NCBI GenBank assembly: GCA_038230575.1
Contig: JBBRNA010000022.1
Coordinates: 563 to 64,562 of the forward strand
Length of the DNA stretch: 64,000 bases
From: Terriglobales bacterium
GTDB lineage: Bacteria; Acidobacteriota; Terriglobia; Terriglobales; Acidobacteriaceae
Reading direction: 5' to 3'
Positions 56,673-64,000 of the stretch are shown piece after piece (within the stretch, counting starts at the first letter, position 1; each line of letters begins with the position of its first letter). The position numbers and the translations under genes are program-made. The notes beneath the pieces were generated by a model. That model saw nothing but the letters and a program-made list of their open reading frames with translations, was not told where the DNA came from and did not search any database.

Positions 56673-57374
56673 ATGCTTCTATTGGCAGTCGATACGTCCG
56701 GGAAGCACGGAAGCATTGCGCTCGCCAAGGCGCAACCAGGACTAACTCCAGTCACAATTCTTGAAATTGTCGCTCTAGACGGTGGCGCGTTTTCAGCGCA
56801 GCTCGTGCCTGAGATCGCCGCCTTGCTACAAAGGCACGGTTCGGGACGCACAAAGCGCGACATCTCAGCATTTGCCGTTGTCACCGGGCCAGGTTCCTTT
56901 ACCGGGCTCCGCGTCGGACTGGCTGCGATCAAGGCCCTGGCCGACTCTCTACAAAAACCGATCGTCGCTATTTCTTTGCTGGAGGCGCTCGCCCTCCAGA
57001 CCTCGAGTCGCGGCCGTTTTCTGGCCATTCTCGACGCGGGCAGAAACGAACTGTACGTTGGCGATTACGAGATCGACGATTCCTTGTCTGCGCGCATGAG
57101 AAGCGAACAACTCTTGAGTCGCGCTGAATTCATCCATGAAGTTCAAAATGCGCGCCCTCCTTTTTCAGCAGTCGCGACCTCGGACGACACCCTGTCGAAA
57201 TCGTTTCTCAACGACGATGTTTCGGTCAGGCTGGTCGATTATCCGCACGCCGGAGTCATTGCCCAGCTTGGGTGGGAACGTTTCCAGCGCGGCGAGACCG
57301 TTGGGATTGAAGAACTGGAGCCCAACTATATCCGCAACTCCATAGCTTCTAAACCGAAGGCTGAAGTGAAGTGA
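56673..57374 (+). CDS. tsaB: tRNA t6A biosynthesis protein TsaB (YeaZ)
   Basis: MLLLAVDTSGKHGSIALA and FAVVTGPGSFTGLRVGLAAIKALA. Confidence 0.88.
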   Translation: MLLLAVDTSGKHGSIALAKAQPGLTPVTILEIVALDGGAFSAQLVPEIAALLQRHGSGRTKRDISAFAVVTGPGSFTGLRVGLAAIKALADSLQKPIVAISLLEALALQTSSRGRFLAILDAGRNELYVGDYEIDDSLSARMRSEQLLSRAEFIHEVQNARPPFSAVATSDDTLSKSFLNDDVSVRLVDYPHAGVIAQLGWERFQRGETVGIEELEPNYIRNSIASKPKAEVK

Positions 57375-57829
57375 GCGATGTTGGCGAGACTTTTCTCGTG
57401 GCGATCCGAGTCGCCGTCAAAAGCGACCTCCCGCAAATCCTCGTCCTGGAGAAGCCCGTGCCAACCGCTTCGCATTGGAATGCAAATCAATACCAACACC
57501 TGATCGACAATGGATTGGTGTTGCTGGCCGAGAGGGAAGGCAGCATCCGCGGATTTATCACGGTGCAAACGTCGACCGATGAGTGGGAGATCGAAAACGT
57601 CGTGGTCTCCGAGGAATGCCAGCGTCGCGGTGTGGCTACCAGACTGATTCGTGACGTGATGGATCGAGCACGCCATCGCAAAGTATCGCGAATACTCCTC
57701 GAAGTTCGCGAATCAAACCAGTCTGCCCGCGCACTCTATCAAAAACTTGGTTTCACGCGCGATGGCACCAGGTCGAATTATTATCGAAATCCGGAAGAGA
57801 GTGCCTTTTTGTATTCGATTCAGTTCTAG
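57371..57829 (+). CDS. rimI: ribosomal-protein-alanine N-acetyltransferase (GNAT)
   Basis: GTGA overlap with tsaB. VSEECQRRGVATRLI (the Q/RxxGxA motif) and ARALYQKLGF. The tsaB-rimI pairing is canonical. Confidence 0.85.
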   Translation: MSDVGETFLVAIRVAVKSDLPQILVLEKPVPTASHWNANQYQHLIDNGLVLLAEREGSIRGFITVQTSTDEWEIENVVVSEECQRRGVATRLIRDVMDRARHRKVSRILLEVRESNQSARALYQKLGFTRDGTRSNYYRNPEESAFLYSIQF

Positions 57830-57937
57830 TTTCTTGTCTGCCGACGCCTATATTGCCAGTGTTGTCACTAGTTTATGCACTAATCTTGGTGCAAAATTTT
57901 TTCCCTACAAAAAATTATATCTACATATGAAATCCGA

Positions 57938-57966
57938 TTGAAGCCGGTTTGGCCGTGTGCTACTTT
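57938..57966 (+). promoter_or_regulatory. candidate sigma-70-type promoter for the DUF465 gene
   Basis: TTGAAG, a 17-nt spacer, then TACTTT, inside a conspicuously AT-rich 180-nt spacer. Pattern match only. Confidence 0.2.
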
Positions 57967-58010
57967 TTAACCGTGTCATAACAAATACAGTTGTAGGAGG
58001 TCTGGCAAAG

Positions 58011-58229
58011 ATGCTTACTACAAGAGAAGATTCCCTGTCCGGTCCGGACGAATTTCAGAGACTGGCTCAGGAGCACTCGCAATATTCCCAACGTCTGGAA
58101 TCCCTCACCGAAAAGCGTTATCTCACCGAAGATGAAAAGCTCGAAGAAGTCCGGTTAAAAAAACTCAAGCTGCGCCTCAAAGATCAGATGTACACGCTTG
58201 AACATCAAGTTCAAGGCCGTTCCGCTTAA
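58011..58229 (+). CDS. DUF465 (YdcH-like) small coiled-coil protein
   Basis: AGGAGG lies 10 nt upstream of the ATG at 58011. FQRLAQEHSQYSQRLESLTEKRYLTEDEKLEEVRLKKLKLRLKDQM is the typical DUF465 pattern. Confidence 0.7.
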   Translation: MLTTREDSLSGPDEFQRLAQEHSQYSQRLESLTEKRYLTEDEKLEEVRLKKLKLRLKDQMYTLEHQVQGRSA

Positions 58230-58399
58230 CACCCTTTCTCTAGTTGGGCCGAACCATCACACCTGCGCAGTGCGTGGGGAGTGCCTGTTTTGCTTCGAAC
58301 CTGCCTCCGACCGGGCGTCATCCGCCTGTGGTCGCGGCTGGTGCTCTGAACTGTCTCCGATTTCAGACGCATGAATTGCCCGCCCCCGCACTATAATCG

Positions 58400-59092
58400 A
58401 TGCAACTCCCTATGGTTCGAGACGGATATTTTTACGGTGCAGGATGCATCGTCGCCGCAGTCGTGATCGGGTTCCTGACGAAGTGGCCCTTTAGTCTCCC
58501 TCTGCTGCTTTTAGCAGCTTTTTTTCTGTGGTTCTTCCGTGATCCGGAGCGCACTATCACTACGCTGCCGGGCGCTGTAGTTTCTCCTGGCGATGGTAAA
58601 GTTACCGACATCTCCCTGGTGACGGGGAACGAGACCGCTCTATATCGAATTAGCATTTTTCTGAACGTATTCGATGTGCACGTGAACCGCTCGCCCATTG
58701 CCGGAGTTATTCGCGACGTGCGCTATCAGCACGGCAAATATCTCAACGCCATGAGCGCCAACTCTGCCGAAGAAAATGAGCAGAATATTGTCACCGTTGA
58801 AGGCGACGGACGTACCGTAGTTTTCAAGCAGATTGCCGGGTTGATCGCTCGCCGCATCGTGTTCAATTTCAAGGTCGGAGACGAACTGACCCGGGGCCAG
58901 CGGGTTGGCCTTATAAAGTTCGGCTCTCGCGTGGATATCATGTTCGATCGCGACGCTGCCATCCGCGTCCAGGTGGGCGATCGGGTCAAAGGTGGCCAGT
59001 CCGTGATCGCTATGCTGCCGGTCGGCCAGCCCGCCGTTCCGGTGCACGCAGGTTCTGGCGGGAAACAGAAACTTGAGGGGGAGGCTCACTAA
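58400..59092 (+). CDS. psd: phosphatidylserine decarboxylase proenzyme (short form)
   Basis: FFRDPER, SPGDGKV, FLNVFDVHVNRSPIAG and the self-cleavage site IKFGSRVDI. Confidence 0.88.
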   Translation: MQLPMVRDGYFYGAGCIVAAVVIGFLTKWPFSLPLLLLAAFFLWFFRDPERTITTLPGAVVSPGDGKVTDISLVTGNETALYRISIFLNVFDVHVNRSPIAGVIRDVRYQHGKYLNAMSANSAEENEQNIVTVEGDGRTVVFKQIAGLIARRIVFNFKVGDELTRGQRVGLIKFGSRVDIMFDRDAAIRVQVGDRVKGGQSVIAMLPVGQPAVPVHAGSGGKQKLEGEAH

Positions 59093-59970
59093 TGATCGAC
59101 GAGCAAACGCCTCGGCGTCGCGCAACGGATAAGACGACTGGGAAAATGCGCAAAGGCATTTACATTCTGCCCTCACTCTTCACCACCGCGAACATCGCAG
59201 CAGGTTTCTACGCGATTCTTCAAACCGTTCACGGCAACCCCGTTGATCCCTGGCACATGGATTACGCCGCCAAGGCTATTGGTTTCGCAGTGTTGTTCGA
59301 TGGTCTCGATGGACGCATCGCGCGCATGACCAACACCGCCAGCGATTTCGGAAGGGAATTAGACTCTCTCGCAGATGTCATCACCTTTGGCGTAGCTCCG
59401 GCGTTGCTAGCGTGGATGTGGGGCTTTCATTTGCTTCCGACGGCGTTTATCAGCCCGGGGCTTCATCTGAAGATTATTCAATTGGGCTCTATCGCCTGCT
59501 TTGCGTTTCTTATTGCCGGTGCCAGCCGTCTTGCCCGGTTCAATATCGCAAAAAATCCGCAGCCATCAAATCCTGGGAATCCGGGAAAGAAATATTTTGT
59601 GGGTATGCCGATTCCCGCAGGCGCGGGTGTAATCGCGGCCGTCGTGCACTTTGCGGGCGGGGAGCCCGTGACATCCTGGATCACCTCCATGAGTTGGATC
59701 ATGATGGTAGTCGTGGTCGGCTATCTGATGGTCAGCACTTGGCGCTTCTACAGTTTCAAGGACATTGATTTTCGCTCGCGTCACCCCTTCCGCCTCATCG
59801 TCATCTTCGCGATCGTTGGCGCGTCGATCTGGTTCTTTTCGGGGCCTGCCCTCTTCGTGATCGCCATCTTGTACATGGCGTCCGGCGTGTTGTGGAGATT
59901 GCAGTGGATTTTGCGCCGTAAAAGGCCGCCTGCACCTCCGGCGTATCGAGAAGCATCTCAAACTCCATGA
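59092..59970 (+). CDS. pssA: CDP-diacylglycerol--serine O-phosphatidyltransferase
   Basis: CDP-alcohol phosphatidyltransferase signature DGLDGRIARMTNTASDFGRELDSLADVITFG. TAATG overlap with psd. Confidence 0.9.
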   Translation: MIDEQTPRRRATDKTTGKMRKGIYILPSLFTTANIAAGFYAILQTVHGNPVDPWHMDYAAKAIGFAVLFDGLDGRIARMTNTASDFGRELDSLADVITFGVAPALLAWMWGFHLLPTAFISPGLHLKIIQLGSIACFAFLIAGASRLARFNIAKNPQPSNPGNPGKKYFVGMPIPAGAGVIAAVVHFAGGEPVTSWITSMSWIMMVVVVGYLMVSTWRFYSFKDIDFRSRHPFRLIVIFAIVGASIWFFSGPALFVIAILYMASGVLWRLQWILRRKRPPAPPAYREASQTP

Positions 59971-61052
59971 GTCCTGCATCGAAAACCCTGTCCCCTAAGC
60001 CTGTGGCCTCGCCGCTCGAAGCGCGGGGCACGAATCTGTATCGGGTCGCCATAGTCGGAGGCACCACCCTGCTCGGCAAAGAGGTTGCTGAAGTCTTGCG
60101 CGATCGGAATTTCCCGGCCACGGATATTCGACTGCTCGATGACGACGATACCTTGGGCCGGCTCAGGGCTGTGGGCGACGAAATCAATTTTATTCAGAGC
60201 ATCCGCTCCGATCAGTTCGAGCGCGTCGATTTCGCGTACTTTGCCGCCGATTCGCGCTCGACAAAAAATAATTGGAAGGCCGCCAGCGATCTTGGCGATA
60301 CGATCGTCGATCTTACGTACGCGTTGGAAGACCAACCCGGAGTTTCGATCCGCTCCCCTTGGATCGAACGCCAGATTGGGCAGTCGGTCGCGCCCGACCT
60401 CCAGCCAGGCCCGGTTGTGGTCGCGCACCCCGCCGCTACCGTCCTGGCGCTCTTAGTTTTGCGCGCTGGCAAAGCTGCCAAAGTCGAGCGCATGGTTGCC
60501 AACGTCTTCGACCCCGCGTCCGAGAGTGGTCAGAAGGGGATGGATGAGCTGCACCAGCAAACGGTGAACTTGCTTTCCTTCCAGGAACTACCCAAAAAGA
60601 CTTTTGATGTTCAGGTCGCCTTTAACATGCTGGCTCGTTTCGGCCAGAGTTCCTATTTGTCGTTGCAAGAGGTCTCGCAGAGAATTGTGAAGCACTATCG
60701 GAGTATTGCTCCCTCGGCAATCGAGCCTGCGTTGCAGCTTTTGCAAGCTCCCGTCTTCCATGGGCACGGATTTTCGGTTTATCTGGAGATGGAAAAACCG
60801 GTGAGCGTTGCCGATCTCTCACAAGCTTTAGCGGGCGATCATGTCGTGCTTTCCGTTGGACCTGATGACTCGCCGACTAACGTGAGTGCCGCTGGGCAGG
60901 GCGACATCCAGCTTTCGATCACTCCTGATGCCAGCCAGAAAAACGGAATCTGGCTTTGGGCCACCACAGACAACTTGCGGATTGCGGCCCTCGCCGCGGT
61001 AGAGTGCGCGGAAACTATGACAGCGTCGCGACCAACCGGACAGATCCAATGA
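59967..61052 (+). CDS. aspartate-semialdehyde dehydrogenase-fold protein lacking the catalytic cysteine
   Basis: N-terminal Rossmann YRVAIVGGTTLLGKEV...RNFP. VVVAHPAATVLAL sits where Asd has I(A/G)NPNCST. APVFHGHGFSVYLE and WLWATTDNLRIAA match the Asd C-terminal motifs. ATGA overlap with pssA. Confidence 0.8.
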   Translation: MSPASKTLSPKPVASPLEARGTNLYRVAIVGGTTLLGKEVAEVLRDRNFPATDIRLLDDDDTLGRLRAVGDEINFIQSIRSDQFERVDFAYFAADSRSTKNNWKAASDLGDTIVDLTYALEDQPGVSIRSPWIERQIGQSVAPDLQPGPVVVAHPAATVLALLVLRAGKAAKVERMVANVFDPASESGQKGMDELHQQTVNLLSFQELPKKTFDVQVAFNMLARFGQSSYLSLQEVSQRIVKHYRSIAPSAIEPALQLLQAPVFHGHGFSVYLEMEKPVSVADLSQALAGDHVVLSVGPDDSPTNVSAAGQGDIQLSITPDASQKNGIWLWATTDNLRIAALAAVECAETMTASRPTGQIQ

Positions 61053-61588
61053 TGGGTCAGGCCAGAGCCAAACGCCTTCTGGCCGCCATTCTTACGTCCG
61101 GGTTGTTTCTATCCGGGTGCGGATATCACACCGCTGGCAATAGCGCAGCCGAACTCCCTCGCAACGTTCAAACCATAGCGATTCCGGGATTCGTAAGTCA
61201 TAGCCCAACTTTTCGAGTCGAGCAGCAATTAACGGATGCTGTCGTGCGGGAGTTCAACGCTCGAACCCAATATCACGTTCTTCACGAATCGAGTTCTGAT
61301 GCAGACGCAACTCTCAAAGCTGTGGTTTTAGCCGCATCATCCAGCCCGTTGGCTTACGATTCTCAGACCGGACGCGCTGCGAGCGCGATCATCACCGTGA
61401 ACGTTCAGGTGACATTGACCGACCGCAAAGGCAAAGTCCTCTTCCAGAATCCAAATTACATTTTTCACGATCAATACGAGCTGTCGCGCGACCTGACCAG
61501 CTTCTTTCAGGAAGACTCTCCAGCGGTTGATCGTCTGTCGCGCGACTTTGCCCGCACCCTGGTGGCGAATATTCTGGAGGCATATTGA
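61049..61588 (+). CDS. lptE: LPS-assembly lipoprotein LptE-like
   Basis: Lipobox LFLSGCGYH, about 180 aa, GYHTAGN...VQTIAIPGF pattern. It sits upstream of holA as in the classical lptE-holA pairing. ATGATG overlaps the upstream stop. Confidence 0.65.
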   Translation: MMGQARAKRLLAAILTSGLFLSGCGYHTAGNSAAELPRNVQTIAIPGFVSHSPTFRVEQQLTDAVVREFNARTQYHVLHESSSDADATLKAVVLAASSSPLAYDSQTGRAASAIITVNVQVTLTDRKGKVLFQNPNYIFHDQYELSRDLTSFFQEDSPAVDRLSRDFARTLVANILEAY

Positions 61589-62733
61589 TCGTGTCGACCC
61601 GCCGCTCCACGCTTATAGCGGCGGCCCTTTTAGCGGCGATAGTAATAACTTTCACCCCGCTTTTATGCGCCGCCAAGAAACAGAAAAAAGATCAGCCGAT
61701 TCTCCACCACGTAGGTTTCAGCTTCCGTGAATTTGCGGCGCCAGACGGCTACAACTGGCGCGGCTCCAAGGATCGGACCTTGAGCGGGATCGTCTGGTAT
61801 CCGTCCGAAGACATTAGCGGGGAAAAGGACCAGTTGGTTGGCCCTCCCGACGCCCCGCTGTTCATCGCCGGGCGCGCCGCCAAGGATGCCACGCTCGCCC
61901 CGGCATTCGAAAAATTTCCGCTCATTGCGCTCTCGCACGGCACCGGAGGCAGCGCCCTGCAAATGGCCTGGCTCGGCACCTATCTCGCAGCTCGCGGCTA
62001 CGTCGTCGTGGCCGTTAACCATCCCGGAAACAACGCGGTCAGCGGATACACAGCCGAAGGTTTCATCGAAGGCTGGGAGCGTGCGAATGACATCAGCACG
62101 GTAATCGGCGACATGCTCTCGGATGCCCGCTTCGGCTCCAAAATCGATCCTGATCGCATCGGCGCGGCTAGTTTTTCCTACGGTGGATACACCATGATCG
62201 AGTTAGCCGGAGGCAGGACTGACATGAATCGGCTGCTGGCCTGGTGCGATGAACAAAAAGATGCGTGCAACCCGCCCGAGATGCCCGATCTGTTCCAGAA
62301 ATTCAAAGCCATCAGGCAGCAGCCAGAAGTTCAGCAAGCACTGCAGCATGCGGGAGATTCATATCGAGATCCACGCATCCGGGCCGCCTTTTTGATTTCT
62401 CCCGCCCTCGCTGTTGCCTTCACTCCGGGAACGTTGCAGAGGATCACTCTCCCGTTGGAGATCGTTGCCGGCGGAGCTGACACGATCGCTCCTCCCGCGC
62501 ACAATGCGGAAGTGTTTGCAGCGAATATCAAAAGCTCCAAGCTGACGATTATCCCGGGCGGCGTCGGCCACTATACATTTCTCGATGTCGGAACCGAGAC
62601 TGGAAAGAAACAATTGCCGCAGTTGTTTGTGGACAATCCGGGCGTCGATCGCGAAGCAGTCCACAAGCAGGTCGATGAAATGGCCGCGGATTTCTTCAAC
62701 AATCATTTGGCCTCGACCACGAAACGACACTGA
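61585..62733 (+). CDS. secreted alpha/beta hydrolase (dienelactone hydrolase / PAF-acetylhydrolase-like)
   Basis: Signal peptide. ALSHGTGGS and a nucleophile elbow-like SFSYGG, with C-terminal GGVGHYTF. The TTGA start overlaps the lptE stop (alternative GTG at 61591). Confidence 0.7.
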   Translation: MIVSTRRSTLIAAALLAAIVITFTPLLCAAKKQKKDQPILHHVGFSFREFAAPDGYNWRGSKDRTLSGIVWYPSEDISGEKDQLVGPPDAPLFIAGRAAKDATLAPAFEKFPLIALSHGTGGSALQMAWLGTYLAARGYVVVAVNHPGNNAVSGYTAEGFIEGWERANDISTVIGDMLSDARFGSKIDPDRIGAASFSYGGYTMIELAGGRTDMNRLLAWCDEQKDACNPPEMPDLFQKFKAIRQQPEVQQALQHAGDSYRDPRIRAAFLISPALAVAFTPGTLQRITLPLEIVAGGADTIAPPAHNAEVFAANIKSSKLTIIPGGVGHYTFLDVGTETGKKQLPQLFVDNPGVDREAVHKQVDEMAADFFNNHLASTTKRH

Positions 62734-62789
62734 TAACGATCTTGAAACAACGCCATTTGCTTCTGGCAGCAATGTTAGAGTAATCAAGA

Positions 62790-63917
62790 ATGCGGGCCTT
62801 TACCCAAGCCGACCGTTTTTTATCGGAAGTAGAGTCACGGCAGTTGAAGCCAGCGTATGTGCTGGTGGGAGACGAAGCCTTCTTCCGCAAGCGATGCCGC
62901 GACGCCATCCTCGAACATCTGGTTGCTCCTGACTCGCGTGACTTCGGTTTATTCGAATTCGATCTTGGCGAGACCTCGTTGAATGAGGTCCTGGATCGCG
63001 CCCGCACCGCATCGCTGATGGCGCCTTTTCAGGTTTTCTTCGTGCGAGGAGTTAAGAGCCTTTTTGGGCGCGGTTCAAACGAAGAAAAGATCGGCGCCAT
63101 CGAAGCTTATTGCAAAAATCCGAATCCCGATGCTCTCGTGGTCTTCGTTGCCGACCACATCAGCATTCCGGCCGACGCTCGCCGTATGGAGATGACCGAC
63201 AAGGATCGCTACCAGAAGATCCGCGACGATCTCGGACCATTCTGCGGCATCGTGGAATTGTGTCGCGTGCAGGAAGGCGAGGCGGTGCGCTGGATCACCG
63301 AGTACTCCACTACACGTGATGTGAAAGTTGACGCCGATGGCGCTCGCGAACTGGTGGACGCGCTTGGCGGCGACATGATGATGGTCTCCAATGAACTTGA
63401 GAAGCTCATTCTTTACGTTGGCGAGAAAAAGAAAGTCACCCTCGGCGACGTGGAAACGATGGTGCTGGCCGCCAAACAGCGCTCCCTTTACGAACTCACC
63501 GACGCTATCTCATCCAAAGCTCCGGCCCGTGCGTTGGAGGTCCTGGATTGCCTGCTCAACGTGGGCGATGGCGAAGAAGCAGCCATCGGCCATCTGTATA
63601 TGCTGGCTAAGACTTTCCGTCAGATGCTAGTCATTCTGGAACGCAATGTACGCGATCAGCGCATGTTGTGGGCTGCGCTCTGGCAGGGATTTCGAGTTCC
63701 GCCATTTGCGGCTGACGATATTATCCGGCAAGCGCGCCGTTATAAATCGAAGCGAGAGTTGACCCGTGCCATCCGTCTCGTCGCTAGAGCCGATCTCGCC
63801 TTGCGCTCTAACCCTGTTGGAAAAAGGCTGGTGCTGGAAAAACTTGTTCTCGATTTATGCGCCGAGCCTAAGCCGGAGACGACAAGCGGCTGGATGCAGG
63901 AAGAATTACCCGTCTAA
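62790..63917 (+). CDS. holA: DNA polymerase III delta subunit
   Basis: LKPAYVLVGDEAFF..., 375 aa with a three-domain clamp-loader-like layout, in a position downstream of lptE. Confidence 0.85.
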   Translation: MRAFTQADRFLSEVESRQLKPAYVLVGDEAFFRKRCRDAILEHLVAPDSRDFGLFEFDLGETSLNEVLDRARTASLMAPFQVFFVRGVKSLFGRGSNEEKIGAIEAYCKNPNPDALVVFVADHISIPADARRMEMTDKDRYQKIRDDLGPFCGIVELCRVQEGEAVRWITEYSTTRDVKVDADGARELVDALGGDMMMVSNELEKLILYVGEKKKVTLGDVETMVLAAKQRSLYELTDAISSKAPARALEVLDCLLNVGDGEEAAIGHLYMLAKTFRQMLVILERNVRDQRMLWAALWQGFRVPPFAADDIIRQARRYKSKRELTRAIRLVARADLALRSNPVGKRLVLEKLVLDLCAEPKPETTSGWMQEELPV

Positions 63918-64000
63918 AACTTCCTTCCAATTCAACCGGGAAGGGGGCGACCCTCGTCCCGTGAGGTTCATCGCCGAAATTCCTCTACCCCTTCGCTTCC

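Noticed and set aside
57830-58010. AT-rich 180-nt spacer before the DUF465 gene, considered as a possible horizontally acquired junction.
   Set aside because: The flanking genes (rimI, DUF465, psd) are ordinary core genes with normal composition. An AT-rich promoter region explains it more simply.
58392-58397. Perfect TATAAT 3 nt upstream of the psd ATG, considered as a leaderless-mRNA promoter.
   Set aside because: There is no acceptable -35 at 16-19 nt spacing, and transcription would start downstream of the 58400 ATG. It is probably a chance match.
1-64000. Search for rRNA, tRNA, tmRNA, CRISPR arrays, IS elements, transposases, integrases, prophage genes and known defence systems.
   Set aside because: No intergenic gap contains a tRNA-like T-arm/acceptor pattern or regularly spaced repeats. 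No ORF shows DDE, tyrosine or serine recombinase motifs or phage hallmarks. This was done by eye, so tRNAscan or Infernal would be needed to be certain about small RNAs.

Overview
This 64-kb window looks like densely packed core chromosome from a moderately GC-rich Gram-negative bacterium. Gene content and the type of intergenic repeat suggest Acidobacteriota, but that is inference only. I call about 62 protein-coding genes on both strands.

- **Housekeeping:** the 3' part of topA, mutL, cmk, aspS, hisS, tatA plus a tatB-like gene, tsaB-rimI and holA.
- **Envelope and lipid biogenesis:** a psd-pssA-asd-like-lptE-hydrolase operon, a TonB protein and a porin.
- **Transporters:** BioY, an APC permease, an SSS symporter and a DHA2 MFS pump.
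- **Metalloproteases:** M49-like, M48-like, M50 and DUF885.
- **Acyl-CoA / leucine-type catabolism:** thiolase, two acyl-CoA dehydrogenases, a carboxyltransferase, HMG-CoA lyase, enoyl-CoA hydratase and a thioesterase, followed by hutH and then an ACAD-meaB-epimerase group.

Reading by eye, I found no rRNA, tRNA, CRISPR array, transposase, integrase, phage gene or recognisable defence system. I cannot point to a clear-cut novel system.

The best candidates for a second look are:
1. A hairpin-forming intergenic repeat family (TGTCATCCYGAGCGAAGCGA...) with six same-orientation copies.
2. Two ~100-nt long-form copies of that repeat that bracket a compact TPM / nucleotidyltransferase / TPR gene trio.
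3. An aspartate-semialdehyde-dehydrogenase-fold protein that lacks the catalytic Cys and is translationally coupled inside the psd-pssA-lptE operon.
4. A histone-H1-like Lys/Ala/Pro-rich protein with an acidic tail.
5. A 10-unit heptanucleotide microsatellite (TAGCTYY).
6. Two genes (a BadF-type kinase and a DUF962 protein) whose conserved N-termini have no canonical start codon.

Internal start sites were derived by codon counting from the supplied ORF track. Hairpin and repeat coordinates were read by eye and may be off by 1-2 nt.
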